58,293 bases of DNA from Nemertoderma westbladi (GCA_032718475.1 JAUCBJ010007757.1:1-58293); one strand, 5' to 3'. Positions 1 to 12,565 are shown, counted from the first letter of the stretch. Translations and numbers: made by a program. The notes: generated by a model from the sequence alone, not told the origin.

Positions 1-4
1 TGAC

Positions 5-1160
5 TGTATATATATTCCCCTCGCCCGCAAGGTACCTTTACAGGTGTTTTAACGGACATAAAAATCATTCTGCTATATACGTGTTTTGGCGGACATGGTA
101 AGGCAAAAAACCTGTAATGCACCAACTACCTTTCACAGCTTAGCCGTGATGATTCATATTACGACATCTAACAGCTGGTTGCTGACATGGAAACAGCCAT
201 TGGACGCACGGTTCTTTGTTTGGCTTGAGCCAATCGGAGCGATTTTTCCTGTCGACGTGTAGCTTTTCAGTCGATCATAAGGAGAGTGTTCAGTCTTACT
301 GTTTTTACTTGATACTTTGTTGTTATTGCTGTCTAAGCCAGAAACACCGGCCTTTTGGTAAGAACTATAGTAAACTGCTTGAATTATCGAAAGTATAAAC
401 TGTTACCTAATGAAACTCATCTAATCTCACTAATTAACATACTCACTTAATTTAATTGCATTAATCATATTGTTTGTACTGTTATTTTACCGTCAGTTAT
501 TAATTGTACCTATTTGTTGATGGAAATATTGCTCTTTGGATAATACGGATAAATCACCCAAATTCCCAATTTTCTTGATACACTACAGGTTAGAGAGACC
601 GGTTATACATAACAATTGCGATTTATATTAATGTGGTGTGTATTGAATCCAATGTTATTTAGCAGACCCTACGTGAGTCAATTACTGCTCTCTTTATGTG
701 TGATCAAATATACTGACTGTCGGCAGAATAGTGTGTACGATCGTGATTGGTAACAAAGTATTTCCTAAAGAATACGCTTTATACTTTAATCATAAGCAGT
801 ATCGTTGCGTTTTAGTATAAGTCTTAGTTCTGTTTAAATAGATAAAGCGCCACGTCCTAAAGGAACTGTTAATATTTCCCGAAAGCCAATAATATCTGTC
901 AGAGATTAATTATTAACGATCTATTGAATAATACAGTAGGTATACACTGCAACCTTACACTGCAATAATAAAATTCAAGCATCCGAATTCAGTCTCCCGG
1001 GTGTAGATCCATCGGGTGAATGATCGCGCATGGGCTGACTTCGGCTAGTGTTTTGCGTATTAGCATAAATTATTGTCGTATGCTAAAGTGGTTTTAATTA
1101 ACTAAAAGACATATAAATTTTGGCAGGTTAAACTGCTAAAGGTCTTCAAAAGCGCGAACA
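5..1160 (+). repeat. Diverged LTR of the large BEL/Pao family (3' or solo LTR), abutting the 3' internal region of the minus-strand copy
   Basis: Shares blocks with the other LTRs (gcgccacgtcctaaaggaactgttaatatttcccgaaag; ggcaggttaaactgctaaaggtc) and ends in gcgcgaaca at 1160. Left boundary uncertain (tgta at 5). Confidence 0.85.
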
Positions 1161-2018
1161 AAATCTATTCCCGTAAATTTTATTATTTAATGTTAAATAG
1201 ACACAATTTTATTCCAGAACAAGTCTGGGGACTGGGATCCTTGATTCTAGGAATTTTGTCTTTTTAAGAGTATCGGTAAGTGCTACGATATCTTAATCGA
1301 CTAGAATGTTAAAGGATCTGAAATTTGACAGATTTTATAAATATTAATAGTTAATATTTAGGATGGGCACCGGTTTATTCCAGAACTTGTCTGGGGACGT
1401 TAACCACTGATTTCAGAATTTTGTCTTTCAAGTATATCGGAGGGTGCCGCGATATCTTAATCGACTAGAATTGCAGATGGTCAAAGGGTTTAACAGATTT
1501 ATTTTGCGTTATACGCTACTGTTAAAGGGACATCACGCTACTATATGTATTATTTAATATACAGTATGAGAGCAATATCGCACGAAGCAATGTCAGTGTG
1601 AAGAGGCAAGTCGTTTCCAAGGTCTACCCAGAGCTTGGTTTAGCCGAGACACGAGGATCTGAACTTTGCATTCCTAATACTCTGCCTACCAATAATACTT
1701 GAATATAGTAGTGGCTTTATTGTACTTTAATAAGTACGGACATTTCAACTTACTGTAGTTACGTATTCGTAATACAATACGGGCAGTAAGGAAAAGAAAA
1801 AGAATTATTTCTCGCCGTCGCATTAAATATATAATATAAGTAATTACGTAATGAATGCAAATATATATTGCACTAATCTACTAAATAATCGCTAAAATAA
1901 TATTCTACTAAATAAAATTAAATAAAACGATTATAATAAAATTACATAATAATACATACATAAATATGAAATAATAAGACAAGTATAAAATATAGTCATA
2001 CACCCACTCCAGCCGTTG

Positions 2019-4548
2019 TTAAATTGGGGAGTCCCTAGATGTTTGTTGGATTAGGGAGGTGGTCGTGGGAAGAGTATCTTGCCTCCCATAGTTTCTGGAA
2101 AGTTCTCTGTCTCTTTCCAGTAAACATAAGCGTCCCACCGGGCGATTGAGCTGCTGTGTCTCGAAGACAATTCCCGGTTTCTTGAAGTTACGTCGCATGA
2201 CGACGAGTTCTACCGATCGCACCAAACCATCATCAGAGATGTGGGTCTCGATGATACGACCTGTCTGCCACCTCTTACGTGGAAGATCTACATCCACAAT
2301 AAGAACCATGTCTCCAGCGCTGACGTTTTCTTGCTGCGCAAACCACTTAGTTCGAAGTTGTAGCGTGGGCAGATAATGTTTTTCGAAATGATCAGCGAAA
2401 CGACGGGATAACAACTGCATGAGTTGCCAAGTTTGCCGGCAGTATTCGTCTCCGTCTGTGATTTCCGATTGTGGGAGCATGGCTACAGGTTTCTTCAGTA
2501 GGAAGTGCGCGGGTGTTAGCGCTTCCAGGGAATCGGGACTAGATGAGACTGGCATAAGCGGTCTCTCGTTGAGATAGGCGGCGATTTCCTCCATTAACGT
2601 CCGCAAAAGTTCGTCGGTGAGATACGCGCGGCAAGGCACTATAAAGTGAAATGCTGTCTTCACACTTCGTATTAATCTCTCCCAACTTCCTCCCCACGAA
2701 GGGGCGTCGGCGGCGTTGAAGGTCCAGCTAGACGCTGTTACTCGTAGCTGATCGTCCACCTGTCTTTGGTTCCAATCTTTGATGTAAGCTCTGATTTCAT
2801 TGTTGGCACCAATGAAGTTAGTTCCCTTATCAGATCTCATCGTGTTACTAGTGCCAAAGCGAGCGATCTGTCGTCGTAAGCTTAATAGGAAGCTGTTGGT
2901 AGATAAATCGTTCACCATATCGAGATGGATGGCTCTACAAGTCATACAAACAAAGATTACACACCATCTCTTGACTATAGTCCTAGCACGATATACTTCA
3001 ATAGGGCCAAATAAATCCACACCGGTATTAGTAATGGGTGGTTCATAAAAGCTTACTCGTTCCCTAGGTAATTCTGCCTCTCGCTGTGTTAAAGGCCTAC
3101 TGAATGCTTTCCTACAGGGTATACAGTTCCTAAGAACTTGGTTCAGAGCTCTACGGGGTTTATAAAAATAATAGCGAGTTCGAATTTCGCTAAGAACTCG
3201 TTCTCTACCAGCATGATAAAGTTTGCTGTGAACATCTACAATCATCTTGACTTGTATTTCAAAATTTCTAATGAGTATGGGGAACTTAGTGTCAAAGGAT
3301 AATGGTGCATTCGTTAACCTTCCTCCAACACGTATCAACCCATCTATCATTGTGCTAGAGAAACGATCCCTTAAGCGCATCTGTGGATTTCTCAACAACA
3401 GGAAATACTTATCGGAATCTTCATAGCATTGCAGGAGTCTCAGCATCTGCTTGTTGGTTTCTTCATGCTCCTGATAACTGATCTTCTCCTTCAGAAACCT
3501 GTTGGGTATCTTATATTTGGGAAGATCTTTAATAACATGGACCTGCACTGATGTCATTGGAGCGGTATCACCTTTGGCCTTTATCCCGGAGTAGTGGTGG
3601 TGAAAACATCTCTTTAAATATGTAACGGCCTTACAGAGCCGATTCCAGGAACTGTAGTGATGTATCGCTCTCTGCAGAAGAGGTGAGAGTCCTTGCGCGA
3701 CGTCTGGTATTCCAGATTTCCAATCCTTCTCACGGATTTCCACAACGAGTTTATTTGTGGCTGTGGGTTTCTGATCCAAAGCGTCGTCTCCGGAAGTATG
3801 TAGTACAGACAGATCTACCATGGGTTTGAATAACTTCGATTTACTCGCCCGAGTTTTAGGTTTGACTTTCTCCGCTCCCTTGGCCTGTCTAATCTCTGCT
3901 GTAGTAAGATGAGGAGGCCATTCTTCTTCTTCTTTGTAGAGGAAGTCGGGTCCACCTAACCAGTCTGGAGTATCTACCAGTTCTTGTGGAGTTGCTCCCC
4001 TGGAAGCGATGTCTGCTGGATTAATCGTTCCGGGGCAATGTCTCCATTGATCCATCGTTGTACGACTGAGTATAATGGCTACTCTATTGGTAATGAAGAC
4101 GCTGAACTGACAGACTTCATTGGTTATATACTCCAACACGAGTAAAGCGTCGGTCCAATAGACAGTTTTCTCCAGTGGATAGTCGATCTGTTCTGTTACA
4201 TTCTGGCCGATGGCTGTGGCGTATAGAGCCGCCTTTAACTCCGCTCGAGGAACTTTCAACTTGTTGTTTATTAATGCCTTAGAGGTAACCAAGGCGACTT
4301 TGATTCCGTCCGGAGTTTCCACCCTTAGGTAGGCTACTATACCTATTCCCATATCGCTGGCGTCTCCAAACACATGGAGTTGATAGGAATACGTAGGGAG
4401 AACATGACCAAAATATGAACGGGGAATTATAAAGTTCTCGATGGCCGGTAGAGAATCTTCCCATTTCATCCACTTCTTTAATAATTCTCCCTTAAGTGGA
4501 TCGTCCCATGAGTGGTTTTCAAGCCACATTTGTTGTACTAAACTCCGA
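2019..4548 (-). CDS. BEL/Pao pol C-terminal half (RNase H/peptidase A17-like region, integrase, C-terminal domain), cut off from the N-terminal half by the Maverick
   Basis: Motifs LHVFGDAS, ELKAA, YWTDA, NPADIASRG, zinc-binding H..YHAG...CIPC, GVDLFGP, SDKGTNF, WERLIRSVK. The ORF-track N-terminus (MADTVS) comes from the Maverick TIR. Confidence 0.95.
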
Positions 4549-4870
4549 AGTAGTATGCTAAACACCTGGATTGAGACAGTGTCTGCCATAGTCTACCATG
4601 TTAAAGAATTTGCCGAACGGCTCTTGCCCCGCCTACTTACTATAATTACTATTGTTGCCCCACCCACTTACTATGGTTACTATGGTTACCATTGTGCATA
4701 TGTAACATATGTCACCACTGTGTATATGTGACATATGCGGTATAAGGCCAGTCCACAGACGGAAGTAATTTAATTAATTCGTGTCTACCGGTCGGCGTTT
4801 GACCTTGAACCGCAATAGGTAAAACCCAATATAGTAAGTGGGTTGCAGACGTTTGTTATAAAGTGAACAA
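4549..4870 (+). repeat. Maverick left core TIR (~320 bp)
   Basis: Near-exact reverse complement of ~12250-12565. Confidence 0.93.
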
Positions 4871-5368
4871 ACCCATAATATTACACCTTTAATTACTGTT
4901 GCAACAGCTCATCTCCAATTTATTTAATAAAGTCTTTAACATGATAGACTATTACAGACGCAACAACTAAAAAAAGGTGAATAAACACAGACTAACGGCG
5001 GCTACCAATATTGTCAAGCAATAAGTTGTGGGGGCGAGCCGCGAAGTGAGAATAAGGTATTTATAATATTATTTTAATTTGATTATTCTACCTATGGGGG
5101 CGAGCCATGAAGTGAGTTCTTCCTCATCCACAACATCATTACCACTACCACCATCACCCGACATCCCCTTCATTCCTTTCCAACATTGAAAAAATGGGGC
5201 GAGCCATGAAGCGAGTGAAGCCTTAGCATATGGGCGCCATTAATGAGTTGTGGGGCGAGCTACGGCGAAGTAAGGTTATTGTATTTATAATATTATCATT
5301 ATACCAACAAATTTGATTATTATACTTAAATCCATCACCATTACTATTTTAAAATTTCTTCCACCACC

Positions 5369-5815
5369 TCACCCATTTATCCCACTATCCTCGCTATCTA
5401 CATCCACCGCATTATTACCATTACCACCACCACCACCATCACCCAACACCTCCATCATTCCTTCTAACATCTCAATCCTTTCTTTCATCACCTTCTCCTG
5501 CGCACACCTCTCAGCTTCCCTCGCTCTCCTAACCCCCTCAGCCTCCATCTCCAACTCCCAATCTTCACCCCACGCGCTGTTCTTTCTCGCCTCTTCCTCC
5601 AAATAATGGTTCTTCTCTATCTCCTCCCACTTGTTTCTCGGATTTAACAACCTCTCCAACCGCGCTTCTTCTTTCTCCCTCGCATACATAGCCACCAATA
5701 TTGCTTCATTCTCCTTCGCTATTTCAGCCGCCACATCCTCATCTTCCTCCTCTTCCACCTCTTCCTCCGCATCCATATCTACTTCATCCACCACAAGTTC
5801 ATTTTCCCCCAACAT
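5369..5815 (-). CDS. Maverick acidic, coiled-coil-like hypothetical protein (148 aa)
   Basis: ATG-initiated E/D-rich ORF flanked by AT-rich spacers; a relic of its 3' end lies in the right arm (~11060-11170). Confidence 0.55.
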   Translation of the reverse strand: MLGENELVVDEVDMDAEEEVEEEEDEDVAAEIAKENEAILVAMYAREKEEARLERLLNPRNKWEEIEKNHYLEEEARKNSAWGEDWELEMEAEGVRRAREAERCAQEKVMKERIEMLEGMMEVLGDGGGGGNGNNAVDVDSEDSGING

Positions 5816-6047
5816 ATCCGCGTATAATAAATAAAATAAAGTAATAAATATATAAATATGTGTATAATAATGTATAATACTATAAATAAATTTATATAAT
5901 ATTTATTTCAATCGATAATTCATTATACCAACAAATAATTTACCACCACAAAATAATAATAATAATTTAACCGTGCCCGGCTCGTTGCGGCGACACCGCC
6001 TACGAACATGGTCTATTTATATAATAAAGTTTCTACCGCTCGAAGAT

Positions 6048-7340
6048 TCACACTGAATGTTTATTCTTCTTTATTTGAGGTTGCCCATTAGTCTCGATTT
6101 CATTGAAAATGTCTTCACCATCATCCGTATCATTGACGATGTCCTCTTCAAAGTCGCTGATATCTTCATACTCATAGCTAGGTGTTTTATTCACGATGAG
6201 ATCAATTTTTCGCTTAAGCGCTTGTTCTTTCATGGCTTTAGGTGTTTTCATCTTCATCTGAGCGCTCACACCCCCAACGAGGGTATCAATATCCTTATAA
6301 TCATTCTTTTTTTCAGTGCTGTCTACCTGTTCATTTTCTGCAATCGCAGGCAACCAGATTTTTTTCTCATCCATTTTCTTAGCAGCGACTTTTACTGCTT
6401 CGGACGTCTTCAGCTGACTAGCATTGTTCGGCATTTCCACTTTCATTAGTTCCTCGTCCGCTAATTCATCAATCGCAGCCTCAACAACTAACTTTTTAAT
6501 CGGTAGAAACTCACACCCAGACGGAATATCGCGGTCCGCGTACTTCTGTAATTGCTTAATTATCTCGACATTTGCGTTGTTTCGAGGGATGAAAATAACC
6601 TTGGTGTCGAAGTTGTGGGACAAATATATCCCGTTTTTGTTAACGGTTGATGTGTACCTCATACTAACCTCATCGATATTCTCGTTAACATTCTTATCTA
6701 TGTTAAAGTCGAGCAAACAGAATTCATCCGCTCTGAGATTCAACCCATCGTAATATATAACACCCTTCCGCTGTCTACCTATATCATCCGCTTCCCAAAC
6801 GCCGACAAATCGTTGCCCTTCAAAGTCGTAGATATATCCAATGTACCCACAATCTTCGAACTCCATAAAATTCTCATCATGAATTTCCTTCTTTTTTGGT
6901 TCAATACGGGAAAGAACGACTTTGCCGTAGATGTTTTGTAAGACATCTAGAATTTTTCGCGAGATAAAAATTGATGCGCCGTTTTTCCCAATGCGTAAGT
7001 ACGCATGATTTATTGGTGTTATAAGCAAATTGCCTCGGGTGTATTCCTTGTAATATTCAACGGCTATTTTATTATAATTGAGGAAGTCAAACAGGAATCT
7101 TATGTTCTGGTAAGTAAGACTTACCGATTCTTGTACGACGTTGCGTCCTTTGGTATCACCCCAACGGTTGAATCGAACGTATTTCCCGTTAAATGCTTTT
7201 ATTTCTATTCCTTCCCCCAAACACTCGAGGCCCCACACACTCTTACCTGTAATCACCGATACGTATGGGGCGGGCGCACTATCAGTAGAGCTACCGCTTA
7301 ATGACATCATTTTTGGTTGTGATGGTTTCACAGATTCCAT
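6048..7340 (-). CDS. Maverick hypothetical protein (~430 aa), possibly with tandem PC4-like ssDNA-binding repeats; acidic tail and basic C-terminus
   Basis: Long ORF in AT-rich DNA. IKAFNGKYVRFNRW...SVSLT and IYDFEGQRFVGVWE...GLNL resemble the PC4 pattern by eye only. Confidence 0.65.
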   Translation of the reverse strand: MESVKPSQPKMMSLSGSSTDSAPAPYVSVITGKSVWGLECLGEGIEIKAFNGKYVRFNRWGDTKGRNVVQESVSLTYQNIRFLFDFLNYNKIAVEYYKEYTRGNLLITPINHAYLRIGKNGASIFISRKILDVLQNIYGKVVLSRIEPKKKEIHDENFMEFEDCGYIGYIYDFEGQRFVGVWEADDIGRQRKGVIYYDGLNLRADEFCLLDFNIDKNVNENIDEVSMRYTSTVNKNGIYLSHNFDTKVIFIPRNNANVEIIKQLQKYADRDIPSGCEFLPIKKLVVEAAIDELADEELMKVEMPNNASQLKTSEAVKVAAKKMDEKKIWLPAIAENEQVDSTEKKNDYKDIDTLVGGVSAQMKMKTPKAMKEQALKRKIDLIVNKTPSYEYEDISDFEEDIVNDTDDGEDIFNEIETNGQPQIKKNKHSV

Positions 7341-7932
7341 CAACAAATTTTGCGAAATATTAATAATTAAGTGTAAAATTACAATAATATCGCGCTATAC
7401 AATGTGCGAAAAATATGATAATGAATGAATTAATCTGAATGACAAAATAAAGTATTTTACGACGTATTTATAATATAATGATGGGCTATCGGGAAAACGG
7501 GTATATTTTAACCACTCAACCGGATTAATCGCTATTGTCGTGAGAGAATTTTTTTGAAAAACTTCCTATAAATTTCAAGGGAAATATTTATTTACGCTTA
7601 AATTGGTTGACGTAAGTGGTGACAGCTTTGCAGCGGCGATTAATGCGGCCGATAGAAATTTCTATAGACACACCCCCGAATTTCTACAGAATATTACTCA
7701 CGGTTAAATTGATTGACGTCAACTGTATTAACTGTGTAGCTTCTTAGAAGTTTCATAATTTTAAGCATGAGCGAATTTAATTTAATGTCGGGATCACAAA
7801 CTTTCTCTCACGACAGATATTTTTCTGTAATCACATTTACTAAAAACGAACGATTGCGGCGCGCGAGCGGCGTTTTAAAGACACACCCATTATAAATATA
7901 CCCATTGGTCAAAATATTATTGATTAAGCAAC

Positions 7933-8565
7933 ATGACAATACTGGGGCAGCTTGAGTCTATAGATAAGATCATTTTTTCAAATATATTATTCATTGTTAC
8001 CTTTCTTTTAGGACTTTTTTTAGGTAAAATACGCCATAATAAAAAAATGTTTCCAATAATACAAGCTGAAAATAGTTACCGCGGTCCTAATTCAATTATT
8101 CCGATTAAAATTGAATTGTTAAGCCCGGCAGCTCGGGCACCTGTATGCGGTTCATATAGCCCAGCTGGGATTGACATATATAGCGCCGTGAATAGAACAA
8201 TAGAGCCGCACTCACGGATGTTAATTGAGACGGGTGTTAAAATATATTTACCCGCCAATTATTTTGGAAGAATTACACCGACTTTTAGCTTGGCAAAAAT
8301 TGGCATTGATGTTGCAGAATGTGCGGTCGATTCCAGCGTCGCGCGCGGTAATATAGATCAACTTGTAATTATATTGATTAACAACACATCTAAGGAATAC
8401 GTTGTAACATCCGGTGATAAAATATGCCAGCTTATATGCCAACAATGTAATGCGGCAATACTCTACGTTTCTAATATTTATTCGGATGATTATTTTGGGG
8501 TTTTACCGACGAATTTAACGCCGTATGGGGAAGAGATTAATTCGGCATTTTACCGCGCATATTAA
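7933..8565 (+). CDS. dUTPase-like protein with degenerate catalytic motifs and an N-terminal hydrophobic segment
   Basis: AGIDI (motif I), IETGVKIYLP, GRITPTFSLA (II), AVDSSVARG (III), GDKICQL (IV); no motif V. Confidence 0.85.
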   Translation: MTILGQLESIDKIIFSNILFIVTFLLGLFLGKIRHNKKMFPIIQAENSYRGPNSIIPIKIELLSPAARAPVCGSYSPAGIDIYSAVNRTIEPHSRMLIETGVKIYLPANYFGRITPTFSLAKIGIDVAECAVDSSVARGNIDQLVIILINNTSKEYVVTSGDKICQLICQQCNAAILYVSNIYSDDYFGVLPTNLTPYGEEINSAFYRAY

Positions 8566-8858
8566 ATATGTGACATTAAACGCATAACACCAAACTCGGG
8601 TGGTGACACATGTCAATACTATTTCAATACTCTTACACGCGATTATACAACATAGTTAATAGAGCATATAAATAGGATAATGTCAGTTCAGTAAATTTTG
8701 GTTGGTTAAACGGTTTCTAGCGTGGGTGGCTGGTTGACTGGGTATTGGATATATTTATCTACATAAAATCTGCCGCATCTCTTTCATCGGCATATTGTAA
8801 ATATGTTTTCTGTACCTACGTTAATAAATATATTATAATCGTAATAATAATAATTATA

Positions 8859-10487
8859 ATGATGGAGATTAATTGCGTTTTTTGCGGTTGTACTATACTT
8901 AAGAAAAATTATTTACGGCATTTACGCACACATTTCGATGGGTATGTTTGCGATAATTGTAATTGCCGAACTACTTCTGAAAGAATAGCAATATTTCACA
9001 GTAATAGATGTTGCGGGTTGTCTCGTCCGAATTACACCTACTGCGGTTACACGCTATCCTGCCCGACATGCTCTGATGATTTTGAAAACTTCGATTCATA
9101 TATCGAACATAGTTGCCATCAAAACCACTACAATTCCCGCAAACGCAAACATAACCAAAAACAATCAGAACCGACATTTCAACCGGATCTCAACGTTGGT
9201 TTGCCTGTAAGCATCACAAACAGCTCAGATACATCCAACGAAGGTTTTCATCTCTCAACAACATGCCACGAATCCCGCGTTCAGGAATATACCCATAATG
9301 TGTCATCTAATGAGATGTATCCAGATGTGCCGAATTATTTAAATTATATGGGGTTATATGCTTCACGTGCTTTTAACACGACGGCATCGGCTTTTATTGA
9401 TATGTTTTATAAAGTGTGGTTAATTGCTTCGGTGATAATGGAACGCGATGATGCTAATTATACTCTACAAGAAGAATTCCATTTTACTTCGATCGGTACA
9501 GATAATTATATTGAAAATAGCCCGGATTTTGACGAATGGTACTACGCAGTCATTTCCCATATCGGTGAAAAAATATCACAATTTATTAGGCGGGGTAGCG
9601 GCTGGAAACTTGTAACTCTATCGCGCATCAAACTTACTATTGCGTCATACTTGCGATCGGCATATCGTTTTGGACATAGCGGCGATGCCAACCAATCAAT
9701 CCCAACGAAATTAAAAAATAAACATTGTGTAATAAATGTACCGTGTAATGAAGGTGAATGTTTTAAGTGGGCGGTCCTGACAGCAAAATTTTCAAAACAT
9801 ATATCGGATGATCACACACTGCGCCATGTTTCACGCCAAAGTTCTTATAATCAGTATTTAGGGTTTTTTAATTTAAGCGAATTAGACTCTACCCTATCAT
9901 GGAAACTAAATATTCTAAAGTTTGAAAAAAATAATCCAAATTATTTAATAAATTTATTGTATTTTGATAGAAGTAGTGAAAAAATTTCCTTTCTACGACA
10001 ACCAAGTGCTAAAAAAGCTGAAGGTAAAAGATTGCTAAATTTATTGCTTATTGAACGTCAAAATTTAACCTCAACAAATCACATCGTCGGGGTTTCTAAC
10101 TTAAATAGATTATTTAATGGTCGTGGGGAAGGCAATAGCGAGTATCATTGTCATCGTTGTGAGCGGTGTATTCGCGGTTTCTACAGTCCAAATGCGTTAG
10201 AACGCCATAGATTGTGGTGTTGGCAAGGTGGACGTCAAATAGAGGAGATGCCATCTAAACTGAATTTACACTTTACTAATTACTATAAGTCTGTGAGCAC
10301 ACCTTTCATAGTATATATGGATTTCGAAGTGGTACTAGCCCCAACAAATAATGTAAAAAAATATTATATAGCCGAACATCTCCCGTCGGCTGTTTCATAT
10401 TTGATTGTCTCCAACGGTGAATTAATTAACCCCCCAAATTATCTTTTGTCTACATTTAGACAAAATATCGATAATGAAAATAGGTAA
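8859..10487 (+). CDS. Truncated Polinton-type protein-primed family B DNA polymerase (N-terminal C2H2 fingers up to the ExoI motif)
   Basis: C2H2 fingers, GSGW, VINV...CFKWAVL, CERC...H...C and PFIVYMDFE follow the order seen in Polinton pPolB N-termini. Ends before the polymerase motifs. Confidence 0.82.
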   Translation: MMEINCVFCGCTILKKNYLRHLRTHFDGYVCDNCNCRTTSERIAIFHSNRCCGLSRPNYTYCGYTLSCPTCSDDFENFDSYIEHSCHQNHYNSRKRKHNQKQSEPTFQPDLNVGLPVSITNSSDTSNEGFHLSTTCHESRVQEYTHNVSSNEMYPDVPNYLNYMGLYASRAFNTTASAFIDMFYKVWLIASVIMERDDANYTLQEEFHFTSIGTDNYIENSPDFDEWYYAVISHIGEKISQFIRRGSGWKLVTLSRIKLTIASYLRSAYRFGHSGDANQSIPTKLKNKHCVINVPCNEGECFKWAVLTAKFSKHISDDHTLRHVSRQSSYNQYLGFFNLSELDSTLSWKLNILKFEKNNPNYLINLLYFDRSSEKISFLRQPSAKKAEGKRLLNLLLIERQNLTSTNHIVGVSNLNRLFNGRGEGNSEYHCHRCERCIRGFYSPNALERHRLWCWQGGRQIEEMPSKLNLHFTNYYKSVSTPFIVYMDFEVVLAPTNNVKKYYIAEHLPSAVSYLIVSNGELINPPNYLLSTFRQNIDNENR

Positions 10488-10767
10488 GAAAAAAATCTGG
10501 TTGCCAACGATTGCGGAAAGTGAACTAAGAGGCAGCGCTGAAAAAAAGAATGATTATAAGGATATTGATACCCTCGTTGGGGGTGTGAGCGCTCAGATGA
10601 AGATGAAAACACCTAAAGCCATGAAAGAACAAGCGCTTAAGCGAAAAATTGATCTCGTCGTGAATAAAACACCTAGCTATGAGTATGAAGATATCAGCGA
10701 CTTTGAAGAGGACATCGTGGATGATGAAGTCATACCTCAAATAAAGAAGATTAAACATTCAGTGTGA
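10488..10767 (+). pseudogene. Inverted duplicate of the 3' end of the 6048-7340 ORF
   Basis: KKNDYKDIDTLVGGVSAQMKMKTPKAMKEQALKRKID is identical in both copies. Confidence 0.9.
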
Positions 10768-10969
10768 ATATTTCGAGCGGTAGAAACTTTATTATTATAA
10801 ATAGGTCGCGTTCGTAGGTGGTGTCGCTGTATCGAGTCAGACATGGTTAAATAATTATTATTATTTTGTGGTAGAAAATTATAAATTTGTTAAATTATTT
10901 GTTGGTATAATTAATTATCGGTTGAAATATTTGTTGGTATAATGATAATATTATAAATACAATAACCTT

Positions 10970-12245
10970 ACTTCGTCGTAGCTCGCCCCACTACTCATTA
11001 ATGGCACCCATATGCTAAGGCTTCACTCGCTTCATGGCTCGCCCCATTTTTTCAATGTTGGAAGGAATGATGGGGATGTTGGGTGATGGTGGTGGTGGTA
11101 ATGATGCTGAGGATGAGGAAGAAGACTGGGCGGATGGTGATAGCGGGATAAGCGGGTGAGGTGGTGGGAGAAATTTTTAAACCTTTTTTAGTTGTTGCGT
11201 CATAACCTTACTTCGATGCTATCACTCACTTCATGGCTCGCCCCATAGGTAGAATAATCAAATTAAAATAATATTATAAATACTATAACCTTAACCCATA
11301 TGCTAAGGCTTCACTCGCTTCATGGCTCGCCCCATTTTTTCATCAAATCACGAAATCATGTTAAAGACTTTATAACAAACGTCTGCAACCCACTTACTAT
11401 GTTGGGTTTTACCTATTGCGGTTCAAGGTCAAACGCCAATCACTCACTTCATGGCTCGCCCATAAGTCTGTGTTTATTTACCTTTTTAGTTGTTGCGTCA
11501 TAACCTTACTTCGATGCTATCACTCACTTCATGGCTCGCCCCATAGGTAGAATAATCAAATTAAAATAATATTATAAATACTATAACCTTAACCCATATG
11601 CTAAGGCTTCACTCGCTTCATGGCTCGCCCCCATTTTTTCGTCAAATCACGAAATCATGTTAAAGACTTTATAACAAACGTCTGCAACCCACTTACTATA
11701 TTGGGTTTTACCTATTGCGGTTCAAGGTCAAACGCCAATCACTCACTTCATGGCTCGCCCCATAAGTCTGTGTTTATTTACCTTTTTTAGTTGTTGCGTC
11801 ATAAACTTACTTCGATGCTATCACTCACTTCATGGCTCGCTATTATAAATACTATAACTTTATACTCACTTCACGGCTCGCCCCACAACTAGTTGCTTAG
11901 CAATAACTATAGAATTGTAATATTGGTGGCTGTCGTTAGTTGAATACAATAACCTTACTTCGATGCTATCACTCACTTCATGGCTCGCCCCATAAGTCTG
12001 TGTTTAGTTACCTTTTTAGTTGTTGCGTCATAACCTTACTTCGATGCTATCACTCACTTCATGGCTCGCCCCGTAGGTAGAATAATCAAATCATGTTAAA
12101 GACTTTTATAACAAACGTCTGCAACCCACTTACTATATGGGGTTTTACCTATTGCGGTTCAAGGTCAAACGCATACGGTAGCCGCCGTTAGTCTGTGTTT
12201 ATTCACCTTTTTTAGTTGTTGCGTCTGTAATAGTCTATCATGTTA
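10970..12245. repeat. Mosaic subterminal repeat array of the Maverick right arm
   Basis: About a dozen copies of cttcatggctcgcccc interleaved with repeated TIR pieces (aacaaacgtctgcaacccacttactat; ccttacttcgatgctatcactcac). Confidence 0.9.
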
Positions 12246-12249
12246 AAGA

Positions 12250-12565
12250 CTTTTATAACAAACGTCTGCGACCCACTTACTATATTGGGTTTTACCTATT
12301 GCAGTTCAAGGTCAAACGCCAACCGGTAGACGCGAATTAATTAAATTACTTCCGTCTGTGGACTGGCCTTATACTGCATATGTCACATATACACAGTGGT
12401 GACATATGTTACATATGCACAATGGTAACCATAGTAACCATAGTAAGTGGGTGGGGCAACAATAGTAATCATAGTAAGTAGGTGGGGCAAGAGCCGTTCG
12501 GCAAATTCTTTAACATGGTAGACTATGGCAGACACTGTCTCAATCCCGGTGTTTAGCATACTACT
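12250..12565 (-). repeat. Maverick right core TIR
   Basis: Reverse complement of 4549-4870. Confidence 0.93.

Larger units (their letters stand above)
4549..12565. mobile_element. Maverick/Polinton deletion derivative, 8017 bp
   Basis: Termini agtagtatgctaaacacc...ggtgtttagcatactact, long TIRs, 6-bp TSD ctccga (4543-4548, 12566-12571). The empty site is visible in the pol copy near 49120. Carries a pPolB N-terminal region. Confidence 0.92.
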
